Shown: positions 44,269-56,448 of the stretch, in pieces | Numbering within the stretch: position 1 is the first letter of the stretch | How the letters are laid out: each line of letters starts with the position of its first letter | Source of the DNA: Schmidtea nova | Lineage: Eukaryota | Direction: 5' to 3' | DNA length: 64,000 bases | NCBI GenBank assembly: GCA_044892505.1 | Contig: CM097883.1 | Location: 198,896,001 to 198,960,000 of the forward strand | Made by a program: the position numbers and the translations under genes | Notes under the pieces: model-generated | What the model saw: the letters and a program-made list of their open reading frames with translations, nothing else | Told to the model about the DNA's origin: nothing | The model's database searches: none

Positions 44269-45386
44269 TGAGTATTTATAAATTTTTTCAATTTTCGTCA
44301 ATATTTGAGGAGTAAAAACTTGCTAATGGCAATGTTTTCGTTAAATAAAAACCTGGTTTTGATAATTTTTTTAGTAATTTGTCTAAAAAAAATTTATTAA
44401 CCATTTTGTATGAAAACATATAAATTAAATTTACAATTGTTTTCAAAGATAAAAATTAAGGAATGGTTTCTAATTTTTCGTATTAAATAATGATTTAAAA
44501 TTTTTAGAACAAAAAATTTATAATTTCTTATGAACTATATAAATTTCTGTTGAAATTGAAACATATTTATATAGATTTTGCATTTTAAAACTTTTGAAAT
44601 GACCCAATTAAAATAACTCATGATGAGTGCCTTAATCTGAGTTGAGTTTGTATGTAATTGTCGTAGACTTTCATTAATATGAAATTTAAACAAATAAGCA
44701 ACCAAGGAATTGGAATCGTTTCTATAAATTAAGCAAAATTTGTTTCAAATGACTAACGGTCTGTTATTGAATTTGGGAAAATTGAATAGAGAATTTCGGA
44801 CGAATTGAGACAAAGATATGGAGAAAATGATTCATTGAGAATGACTAATGTTTTCACCAGATTTCTGTCCCAATGATATGTTCAATTTCTAATCCATACA
44901 CTCACAATTCCAAGGGACTAAATTTTAAAAAAAACTTTTTCTGCAGAATGAAAAATTTCCCAAAAATGGAAATGACTTCCACCGATTCAGGGGAAATAAT
45001 TGTAATCAAAAATGTGAATCTTTGAATAATTTAGAAAACTTTTTTATATCTTTTAGAAAATTTAAATTAATAATATATTAATATGGAAAAATATAAAATT
45101 TCTTTCTTTCTGATGTGATCAAATGTGTTCTTATAAATTCACAAAGGTTCGATTACCTTATTAACTTACCGTTAAACATTTTGTCTTAAGGTTTCCATAA
45201 TTTTGAGGTCAATTGTTGAGTTATTAGCAATTTATCAGTAAGCAATGTTAACGTCATACGCATTAAAACAAATAAAAGCCCAAACACAATAAAATTTATT
45301 TTTAAAATATGTATAATTTCGTTTATCTGATAGTCTGATTAAAATTAATAATACTACTAAAGTTAATGATACCACTATATTTGTAG

Positions 45387-45502
45387 GTGATCCGGCAGAT
45401 GAAGAGCAGCATCAACAACAACAACAACAACAACATGTTCAAATACCAGCCAAAGATCTGTATGATTTTAACGATCCTCCAGACCACGATTATTTTAGTT
45501 GA
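45387..45502 (+). other. Orphan terminal-exon-like segment encoding GDPADEEQHQQQQQQQHVQIPAKDLYDFNDPPDHDYFS*
   Basis: ttgtag| acceptor, open phase-1 frame, GC-richer than flanks, stop at 45500-02, AATAAA about 110 nt downstream. Parent gene not found. Confidence 0.5.
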
Positions 45503-45704
45503 AGAAGAAAATCAAATGAAAACAAAAAACCCAAAAAAAGATATGATAACGAACAATCAACAATTTATGATAGTATAAAAATTGTTTTAAAAATTTTTCC
45601 GACAATATTGAAATAAAATAAAAATAGATTTATAAAAAAGAAACAGAACAATAGAAAAATAGAAATCAGAAATCCGAATTCAGAAAACAGAAACAGATTG
45701 AGAA

Positions 45705-46135
45705 AAAAACAATGATCTCGTAGAACGAGCTCACCGCACCATGAAATCTTTACTCCACATCCTGTCCACTTCAGGCGGCTGGTCGAAGTCACTACTCTTC
45801 GTTCCTAATGAATGGCACAACACATCGAAGTGGAGTCTCTCCTTCACAGCTGCTATTCGGCACCAACACCAGGATGCCGTCGGAACTTATTGATCTTGAT
45901 ACTGAGTTCTTTTTACAGCAAATCAACGATGTTTGGAACCATTTCCTTGCTCTCGATACAAACCCGTCATTTACTTATTCTTCGCTATACAAGCCATATT
46001 GACCTGCTGCTCTTTCCCCTGCATCTCACACCTGGCTCAAATGCATAGATCACAACAACCTGAAACCACATTATTCATGACCTTTCCGTATACTCTGACT
46101 TTTCAAGAACACAGCCGAGTCGAAAATTTCTTCTA
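45705..46135 (+). pseudogene. Isolated gypsy-type integrase C-terminal fragment
   Basis: NDLVERAHRTMKSLL...GVSPSQLLFG...RMP...LKPHYS*PFRIL (NG.VER.HRT, SP..L.FG and GPF/Y motifs). Confidence 0.8.
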
Positions 46136-46182
46136 GAACAATTTGTTTTAATGCATCAACGAAAACAACACACAAAACCTCC

Positions 46183-49100
46183 TATATATACCGCCATCCA
46201 AAATCTGGAATTCAAAATTTATTAGAAAATTTGCTTGAGAATTTTCGTACAACCAACTGGTAAAATTCTCAATTTAACGGAACTCTGCCAAAACTTTTGT
46301 CAAATTAAAGTTGAGCGAATAAACCTTGTACAGCCTTTTGGAACGCCGGAAATTATAAATAAATCCATGTCTAGAATCCTATTACATTTTTATTGAAATG
46401 CGATACGGTATTCAAAGAAGAAAATGATTATTTTATTATAGTATTATATTTATATTTATTTATATCAATCTACATAACTCTCACAACTACACAAAAGTTC
46501 GGACAAAATAAAAGCTATCAAAATTATACATCCAACTCGTAAATTATCATCGCTCACATGAACAACTTCTTCACTTCATCACGAAAGGAATCGCAAAGTC
46601 ATTTGGAAAATCGAATTTATAAAAAGCTTCCAACTAGCAACTCAAAGTGTAATAGAAATGTCAAGATTGTACTAGAAAATATATATTACATTTGATTTTA
46701 TTCATTGGAACTTCACCTTGATCGGAAAATTATTCATAAAAACTTTATTTTTGATGAAACTTTGAGTATTCGATATTTTCAAATGAATAATCTCGAAAAT
46801 TTTATGTATACTTTATTTGGAAAATTCGTATTCGATGGAAGTTATTTTTTGTAAATATATATTTCTATTATCAAAAATAATATGAAAACCATTAATAATT
46901 CAAATTAAACTTTTATAATATATTTTTTTATAATATAAATTTTTACAAATTTTAGAAATTTAAATTCAAATAAATCTACTTTTGAAAGTTATAAATCCTA
47001 AAATTGATTATTAATTTGCAAAATTAATTTTTTACATATATATTATTTTATAAAATACCCCTCCTAAAAGCACGAAATAACCAATAAACTCATATTTGCA
47101 AATAATTACATCTTTTTCACTCATTAGCATCATATATATCTAATACCAAGCACGAAATCTTTTTCATCTAATAATACATTTAAATTATATCGTTTCACTC
47201 ATTAACATCCCATACACAGCATGATGCATCCAGAGAATCTATACAAGAATCACCTCACTCAACAAATTCCCATAAAAATTCATCATTTCAGTAAATAACA
47301 TCCCATACCTTAACTTATTACATTAAAATTTCTCTCATCTAGTCTAACTCTTAAACACCATTTAGATTGTGATCCATATAGTCATGTAATTCAATTTTTA
47401 CTTAAACCCTTCATAATATAAAAGATAGTATTATTAATCAGCGAGAGGATGTTTATTAAGCCTTTAAACCTATTTTGCCCCAACATAAAATTTAATCAAT
47501 TTATATTTAGTTTACCTTCATAAAAAATATTATTTATTATAATAGCATATTTAGAAATATCATTTAGAAATTTCCAGGTATAAGAGTTGCAATACGAATT
47601 ACGTGTATAAATCATTAAAATAAGAAGTTACCACCAAAAGGGTGACACAAAGCTGAATTTATTTAACTATATTTTCACAACATCAAACCCGAGTTCGAAC
47701 GTTAAGCTTTTCCTTAAATAAAATCCCATAACAGACAGGACCATGAACAGGATAAGAGCCCGAATTACGAGAAAAGTTTTCCGTAAAACATCACCAATCA
47801 ATTTTTTTGCTTCAAAATTGTGCAAGTTAGATAAAAATGAAATTCCCGTCTGGAAATTTGTAAATCCAATAAAGAGAAATTTTCCTCAATGAGAGAAGAT
47901 CCCCAAAGTGTCAACAGTGTCATTCATTGCATCATTTTTATTCAAAATGTCGAATTTATTATCCACCGAAGAAGAGAAATTTGTCACTCCGAAGAAGTGA
48001 CTGAATAGAAGAATTCCGACTATTTGATAAAATTCCTTCATAATCTCTTTGAATTACTATGACCAGATTCAATAAATCGTAATCATCTAAATAAATCGAG
48101 GGAATAAAATAGAATTTAAAAAGACGTACTCTAAATATTGAGACGGGAATATAAATTCCAGAAATTTTAAAATAAAAATTTACGAGAATAATCGATAATA
48201 ATAACCTGGAAATAGGATCAGCCAATAAGATTTGAATAATTAAATACAGTAAGCGTATTCCAAAAATACTATATAGTATTATTAAATAATGTTACTGTAA
48301 GACACGGGGTGGTTTCCACAAAGTCTCTGATATTTTCAATATAATTCAAATGGTCTAGAACCTAAATTCAATAAACTAGCTTCGAAACCGTAAATACCAA
48401 CCGTTGCCTGTTACTAAGGCCTTGCAAATATTTTAAATCTAAAATTATATTTTAGCTTTCATAATTTAAATTAATTTTAGGTTAAAATCAATTTTCCGTT
48501 TTATTACAGGGAGACCAATACCTAATTGAAAATTTCTCACAAAATTAAAATATATAAAACTTAAAAACTTATTAATAATGAAAAGAGATGCCGCTTAGTG
48601 TCGTAGAATTAATTTCGAATATCGGTAAATAGTGAGTGTTTTTCAATGCAATAGACCCAGATTTGAGTTGTGATAATATGTTTGAGTATGCTTTTGTGAA
48701 TAAAATGGATATATGGACGATATCTGCGTATTTGTGTGATATAACGCATACCAATCGAATGGAATACTTAATTTTTAGACAACACAAATCAGTTTATTAG
48801 TTATCTAACTCGAAATTGAGACAGTCAACGTCGACGGCGAGAAAATCTTAATAAGACTTCTCAAAACCTTAACATTTTCCAAATATATGGGAATTAATTT
48901 AATTTTGCCAGTGGCTAGTATATGTATACTTAGAAATAATTCTGGAGTGATGTATCAACCCGCTTGTATTTTGTTGTTTACGATGTTTTATTTGAATAAA
49001 TTAATAAATTCTTATTGATGTAATTTATTTTATTTTAAATTGCTGATTAAAATGAGTATCCGTAGATAAATTATCGAATAAAGGACTCAAATGAGCATCA

Positions 49101-49200
49101 AACCTTCTATCGGTAGCCCTTGAACCCATTGTGATGTTCGGTCAAACGAATTTTCGATTAAACGATCTCATAACTCATCACGAATTAGAACACTAATTAT
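46183..49200 (-). mobile_element. Copy B of the unclassified large element family
   Basis: 48400-49150 is the reverse complement of the copy A leader (28800-29605); 46183-46250 and 47050-47260 resemble copy C 54041-54110 and 55750-56010. Confidence 0.65.
47667..48225 (-). pseudogene. Broken ORF with hydrophobic N-terminus and C-terminal transmembrane-like segment
   Basis: LADPISRLLLSIILVNFYF... (47959-48225), then after a frameshift ...RKTFLVIRALILFMVLSVMGFYLRKS...VKI* ; one internal TGA. Confidence 0.45.
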
Positions 49201-49479
49201 TAAATAACTGTCCTATGTGCAATTTCCCTCCCTGTATTAGGTGCATGGTCGCTGCATCTTCCAACTTCCAAAAGGAGTCAGGCGAGAGACCAATTCCGCC
49301 CTATAGTCGCGAAACCACTAGGACCTAACCTTATTGGTTTTAAGGAGAATATGAGGGGTTACTCGCTAAATGTATGCATAATACAGTCAAAATGTAAAAT
49401 ACCTTTATTACCGAATTCGGATTTACAAATTCGATTAAACAAACAATTGTCAGAGTAAAAAAGGTCTCAATGACGCATA

Positions 49480-49720
49480 TAATTCAACCAAAAAACCTGT
49501 AATATTAAATAAATTATTAAATTCAAAAAACCTGTAATGTTTAATAAATTCATTCAAAAAACTGTAATATTTTATCAATTTATCTAACAAATGATATACT
49601 TATACATATATACGTATATTTATTCAAAAAAAATTCTATTTTTAAAATTTATTCAAAAAATGTTCTAGTTTTCAAATAAACGACAAAAAATTCTATTTTT
49701 CAAAATTTCCCTAATTTTAT
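49480..49720. repeat. Short AT-rich tandem repeats
   Basis: attcaaaaaacctgtaat x3 and attctattttcaaaattt-like x3. Confidence 0.7.
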
Positions 49721-50384
49721 CTATGTTATTTCTCGTTTCAGGCTGGTTTTATCTCACATTCTTAGGTAGTTTGTTTGGTTTATTTTGTAAATATTTGAAT
49801 TGCTTTATTTCAGACATTCACGGGTAATATTTAATTTGTACTTTTATTTTTTGAAATGCTTTATGGATAATTTAATTATCTTTATTTTCATGCATCAGCC
49901 TTTTCGGTGCTCCACGACAATCCACAGGTAATTTACTGTTAATATATTTATTTATTACTGTTATCTTAATCTTTTTTCATTATTTATTTTTCAGATACTC
50001 TTCTGATTATTAGATAATCTATTTTTACTTGCTATATTTATATACCGTATTTTCGCGCATATAACCCGCGGGTTATACAAGTTTTTACAAACAAACGGTC
50101 GCTGTGCGGGGTATTTACAAAAATAATTTTACTCATAAAACTTTTACCTTCAATAGAGGTTCACGCATTTATCCACTGTGTTAAAATTTGTAGTTTCGCT
50201 GTGTGGTTCTCAAATGTAAAACGAATAACTTTATGAACATCTCATTAGAAGTAAATTTACAAATAATACACGTTTAGAAAACAAGTAATACAGATGCGGC
50301 AGAGAACATTTAATATAATCAATTGCCATAAGTAAGCAAGTAAACTAATTCGCCAGTAATGTCCAAACCTATAGTCCACATTTC

Positions 50385-50921
50385 ATGCAATACATCCATT
50401 ATCCTGGCATTATTCTGACTGACTTTGCTGAATCCAGCGTGAAAATCAATAGTTCTTACTACTCCAACATCGTGCAGCAAACAAGGAAGGCACGACGCAA
50501 GAGCAGAGTGTGTGGTCTCTATTTTTATACGATAATGCTTCCATCTACACCAGCAGCGTTTCCATGGCTAAAATTGAGCGTTGCGGGCTCAATTTGCTTC
50601 CTCATCCACCATACAGCCCCGATTTGGCTCCCTCCGATTTTTTCCTGTTTAACCATCTTAAGAAGCATCTGCGGGGCCAGGTGTTTGCCAACAAACATGA
50701 TTTTAGAGCAGCCGTGGAGAGTTTTCTGGGATAAAAGCCTCCAGAATTCTTCAAAAACGCCTTCAAAAACCTCGTTATTCGCTGGGAAAATTGTGTCAGT
50801 GCAGAAGGAAATTATTTTGAGAAATGATGCCTATTTACCATGTTTGTTCTAAATACAAAGATTTGTGTTGATATTTTAAGTGTTTTTATTTTAGTCTCAC
50901 GACTTATTGGGAGCACCACGT
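50385..50921 (+). mobile_element. mariner (DD34D) transposase 3' half and right end
   Basis: YDNAS...HPPYSPDLAPSDFFLF with 34-residue spacing, RWENCVSAEGNYFEK* (stop 50825-27); terminus ttattgggagcaccacg. A separate pogo-like end TA|CCGTATTTTCGCG lies at 50043. Confidence 0.9.
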
Positions 50922-51314
50922 TGGTAATAGATATTATCCCTTTATCAGTTGCGCTTAAAACCAAACGAGCTATCCAGTCAATTACAGTCCTGGCACAGTG
51001 GTCATTTTTAGCAGTTATCGATCCATTTCTTACAGGAATAACGTTGCTATGCGACAGGTAACACATGATTGAATAATGTTTATATGGCGGTTTCTAAGAG
51101 TGAGTAAAAGTCAACCATTAACTCAGCACAAAGCTCATATGCTTATTGGTTCTCTGAATACTATAAATAGTTCTAATATAGTCACCAGGTAGTAACTATG
51201 AGCACATAAGTAATGGCATTTTATGCCAAGTCATGAGGGTGTCTTGGTAATAATAACTGTAGTCATATTAACAGTTAAATTTAACAACCTAAACACCAAT
51301 ACTTATCTTGCCGA

Positions 51315-53307
51315 CTGGGTCAGATTAGCCACAGTATTAATGGTACTTTAGTACGGGGCCTACTCTCAAAATGAACCAAAGAAGGGTCCTACATTTTGAA
51401 AAAATTATTAGATAACTAGGTGGAATTTTTTGTTTTCCAAAGTTATCTCCAAATCTTAAAATTATATTTGGTTCTGAGAAACAAAATAGTATACTATTAA
51501 AGTATTAAATGCAGACTGCGTTTGTGTAAGCATCAATAGAAAGCTATGACTCTTGTTGTTGGAATGAGCTGCTGCAGCTACAGCTGCTTCACACCAACTT
51601 TGTAAATATAACACCCCGCTAGAGCTGCCGGACTCAGACTGCCGTATCTGGACCTTATGGAGTATTCAATTTCATGTATTACTAATACTAAACTAGTTCA
51701 CTGGCTTAAGATGCATTGATATACTGTGATAAAAACATGTGATATCTAGCCTCTTCAGTCAGCTTATAATAATTCGTTAAAGTATTTGCTTTAGAGGCAG
51801 AATGTATGTGCATGATCTTCCAGTTTATTTATATAATCTATGTTGGGAAGAGATTACAAATTAGAATTTCTAAATTTCTAAATTTGAAATAAAAATTATA
51901 TCGTTTTACATTTTTAATTAATTAAATTTTTATAGATTTAAAAATATTTAGTAAAAGTTTCAAAAATGAAAATGAGTAATAAATTTGAATCTGGTGCTCA
52001 GAAACGTTTTAAAAAACGTCTTTTTGAAAAATCTTCGCTAAAACAACGTGGAGCTATCGAACAGTTTGCAACAAAAGTACTACTACTACTACCTGCAACT
52101 CAAATGGATTTATCTGGGAAATCTCAGATAACAGTCTCTGAAAAAGATGCAGCTCTGTGGTCTGTCGATGTCAATTTGGTAAATTTCTGGCTTCGAATGG
52201 GAACTGAACAGTGTCGTAATCGTGACTGTCTCTATGTAAAGTCAGTACATCAATATCCAAATCAAAAAAGGCAACTTAACGACGCTGCTGTTTTTACGGA
52301 ATCTCCAAATGGTGAAAAAAAATAAGCGACACTGACTTCTGTACTTGCATTCAACTGGACGCGTTATCTATTTTGTATGCAAGCTATTTTCTTCTACTAA
52401 TGCTACTTTAGCAAGTCAAGATTTTGATTCCTGGACCCATATTAACAGACTTGGAGAACATGAACGATCAGCAGATCACAGAAGATCTCTTTCAAAGTAT
52501 ACTACTTGCTTGTCGAGTATTCATACACTAGACAAAACCGTTGTTGAAGAATTTGAAAAAGAGAGAAGCTACTGGAGTGAGGTTTTAAGAAGAGTTATAT
52601 CTACTATCAAATTTCTATCTTCATGTGGATTGGCATTTAGAGGTTCAGCAGAAGAGTTTGCTAATTTTGATAATGGAAACTATTCTGGGTTGCTAGAATA
52701 TTTATCAGAATATGATTGTTTTCTTAAGGAGCATATAAAAAAGTGTGGAAATCTTGGATGTGGTAAAACTTCATACTTGTCATCAACCATTTGCGAAGAA
52801 TTTATAAATTTAATGGCTGAAAAAGTTATGCAAACAATTACGGAAGAAGTTCAAAAATGAAAATATTATTGTTTCAGTGTGGATTCCACTCCGTACATTA
52901 CGCATACAAATCAATTAACATTTACGATTTGATACGTTAAAACTGAAGATTGCCAGGTTGTTGAACGATTTTTAAAATTTGTTTTACTGAATGTGAAATT
53001 GTTCACCTGCTAGATTTCCAAGATATTGTTGACAGCTTTTCAACACTAAAGGCTCACCGCAAAGATTTTTAAATAAATTTTCTGTCATTCTTTCAAATTC
53101 ATACAGCGGGAGGTGAGATAAAAAATATTTCCGGTATGTATTATATTAAAAAAATAATTATGTTAAGTATCAATGAACCATAAAAACTATCATTTATTTA
53201 TCCTATTAATATTAACATAAGTGATTATTACATTATCTAAAAATTTGAACAAAGGGGTCTACTTAAAAAAATTAGTACCGGGCCTCCAAATTGATAATCC
53301 GGCCCTA
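51315..53307 (+). mobile_element. Internally deleted hAT element (ZMYM1-like/Tip100-type transposase)
   Basis: TIRs CTGGGTCAGATTA / revcomp TAGGGCCGGATTA; 8-bp TSD cttgccga / cttgtcga; ORFs 51966-52325 and 52345-52860 (LAFRG, DNGNYSGLLEYL, YLSSTICEEFI), then SVDSTP...QLTF...VERFLKF and a jump to the 3' end. Confidence 0.88.
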
Positions 53308-55263
53308 CTTGTCGACATTAACATCCTGTGATGTTAGAAAAAAGGTAGTTTATTAGACTCAGACTTTTATAGTAGTCTTGAACTGTAAAGTTTATCAGTC
53401 ATGTAGGATTCTCAAATTTTCTCTTAGGTTCAATCAGTAGATATGTTGGGCTAAAACCACAAATTGTTTTAATAAAGCGATAACCCCATAGGTAGAGAGC
53501 GCGCAAGATTCAGTTTTAACCCAAATATCCATTAAAAATCGAAACGATTAAGTGAAAAACAACAAAAGGTGAAACGGACTCAAAATACATCAACCAGTAG
53601 AGAACGCGCTAGCTGTGAGTCTGAAAGCCCTTACATTGAAATCTCGAGAAAAATTAAAAGAAGAACGTTTAAAAGTTAGAATAGGCGGAAAACCCATTGA
53701 AAATACCCATAAAGAATGGAATTGTGTTATAAAACCTTCATGCAGAAAAAATTAACAGAATTTTAGCCGAAAATTGTGATTTTAGCAAAATATTTCACAT
53801 TAACAATAAAAAGAATTAATATTGATTGAAATATCGTAAATTAAATTAAATCGAACAAATTTCGATTCAAAAATAAAAATTTTGGATTAAAATAAATTAT
53901 TTGTGTTTTGTAAAAAATTATTACACAAAAATATGGATTTAATTTTCGGAAAATCATTAGAATTAAATTAGAAAGATTAAAAGGAAAATTCTAGAATAAT
54001 TTGTTTTATTACACTACTGAAGGTAACGCAAAATCGATGGTATATATACCGCCATCAAAATGGAATCTATTCAGAATTTGTGAAAAAATTTTGCTGTTAA
54101 GAATTTTGTGAAATTTTTTTCAAGAAAACTTATAAATTTTAATTTATTCGTAAGTCTTATTCTTTTGTTTGCGCGGGGTCATCGAACACCATGCCTGTTC
54201 GATTACCCCGTACCGGTAATATTATTATAATTTTTTATTATTATTGTTATGCTATTTTTATCGAATGAATATTAAAATATTTACTTATAATTTTTTTTAT
54301 CTTTGTTTGTCACAAAATCTCAGAGAGTTAAATTCACAATATTATCTTAAAAAATGATAAAAGTAACTAAATAAAATTTTTTTTTCCATACCCCCTGAAG
54401 CCTGTGTCTGACCTTGTGCCGATCGGGTGGAAGTAGCCTGAGCGGATCGCTGGTTCGATACGTAAATCGATCAGTCCATTTTTCCGAGTTCAGGTGAATA
54501 GCCTAACCATCCATGATCACTTCATCCCAACTGGGGAACAGTGGCTTGGCCCAAGGCAAGGTGTTATATTAATGATATTTAATTTATAATAAAGGTAGTT
54601 TATTTGAATTTATAGTTTCCGACATATTTATCATCTAAAAATTAATACTACATGAAAACGTAAAAACGAATCTCTCCAACAATGTCTTTTCCATTAGGAA
54701 AAATAATTATGCAAAAACATTTTACTCGTCCTTCGCCTTCACCTTCACAATAGTTTTCTCCTCATCCAAGATCCAGAATATTAAAAACCGATATTAAAAA
54801 GTAAATCGTTCGAATTAATTCTCAAATCCGATGGAATAATAATGAAACCGAAATTAACTTTATTCGATGTCGAAAAAATATTTCGTTGAAAAATTTATAA
54901 CTTATTTTTATTTTATTTTTATTTAGCATATAAAAATTTTTTTAGATTAAATGCTTATTTAGATTTCGAAATTTATGGATGAAAATTTTATTATTATGTG
55001 GATTTCGTTTCGATCAAAAAATAAAAATTTACTTTTTATTATATTGAAAAAATTTTTATAATGAAAAATTGTAAACCAAAAATTCTCCGAATATTGTTAT
55101 GATGTAAAAGATTTTGTCATTTTATAAAATTCCTAAGAATTTATAAATCAAAACTTATATTGAAACCCATAAAAATTTTAAATCGAAAATATTATTATTA
55201 TATTGAAAATTTTATCATTTTAAAAAATCCAAAATTTCAAAATTTTATAGGAAAAATTTTTTT

Positions 55264-55300
<37 letters not shown>

Positions 55301-55324
55301 TTAAAATATAAAAATTCGAATATA

Positions 55325-55675
55325 AAAATGTATATTATAAAAACTAGAAATTTTATTATTATATTACTTTCATAAAATTATAAATTAAAAATTTATAAAA
55401 AGTATTATAAAAGTGTATATTATAAAAATTATAAACTTTATTATTATATTCATAAAATTATAAATTTAAATTTATAAAAAGTATTAGAAAAATTTATATT
55501 AGAAAAATTAGAAATTTTATTATTATATTACTTTCATAAAATTATAAATTTAGAAGTTATAAAAAGTATTATAAAAAATTATTAAATGTATATTATAAAA
55601 ATTAGAAATTTTATTATTATATTACTTTCATAAAATTATAAATCTAAAATTTATAAAAAGTATTATAAAAATTAT
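55325..55675. repeat. AT-rich tandem repeat, unit about 75 bp, roughly 4 diverged copies
   Basis: Recurrent agaaattttattattatattactttcataaaattataaat..aa..ttataaaaagtatta. Confidence 0.8.
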
Positions 55676-56192
55676 TATTATTATTTTAATATAAAAATTA
55701 TTATTATTATTTTAATTTTAAAAATATTTTATATAATTTATATATAGTATATTATAAATACCCCCACGATATCTCAAAAATCATAACGCATCCCTATTTG
55801 CAAAAAATTACGTCCATTTCATTCAATAACATTTTCCATACTAATACACAGGCAACATATATTTAAAATACAATATACACACATACACAGTGTCATTTAT
55901 TAGCATTCAATAGTTATATACACACAAGCAAACCATACTAAAAATTCTACACTGTTATGTTAGTCGGCATCATACATCCAGAAAAACCATGCAAAAATTT
56001 CATTCACTTAGGTCTATCATTCAACCATACCATATAAAATTAAATATACCCAGCCAAACTTAGTACCATCAAATAGGCCATTTACATTACAGTTTATTTT
56101 AATTTCCCATTTACAAAAATTTCATAAAAATAATAAAAACTCAAACGAAAAAGAGTAAAGACGGAAAAATATTTATTTATAAAAATTGATGG

Positions 56193-56448
56193 TCATTCAG
56201 TTTGAGGGATAAGAATCTCCGGCAAAAATTTTTCCAGTCCACAGTGCTTGAAGGGCCAGTTCCAACATATTCTCTTCAAGAAATTTTCTAAAATTGTTCA
56301 AAATAAATTATAATTCTGAAATAATCAAAATTTTACTTGGTCGGTAGAGCGGGCAATTTTGCTTCGTAGGAGCTTGAGTTCTAATTGGATTGACCCATGT
56401 TTGGTGGGAGAATTTTCCTCTGACTTCGTAGTTTCCGGGGAGATCCAT
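56193..56448 (-). CDS. Putative spliced 68-aa mini-gene (exons 56448-56337 and 56287-56193)
   Basis: ATG at 56448 just after a ttctatag acceptor; 49-nt GT-AG intron 56336-56288 restores a frame: MDLPGNYEVRGKFSHQTWVNPIRTQAPTKQNCPLYRPKNFLKRICWNWPFKHCGLEKFLPEILIPQTE*. No homolog recognised. Confidence 0.5.

Noticed and set aside
54428-54462. tRNA gene
   Set aside because: A- and B-box-like motifs are too close and no cloverleaf can be drawn.
54500-54512. Telomerase-template-like CCTAACC
   Set aside because: Only 7 nt, expected by chance; no supporting structure.
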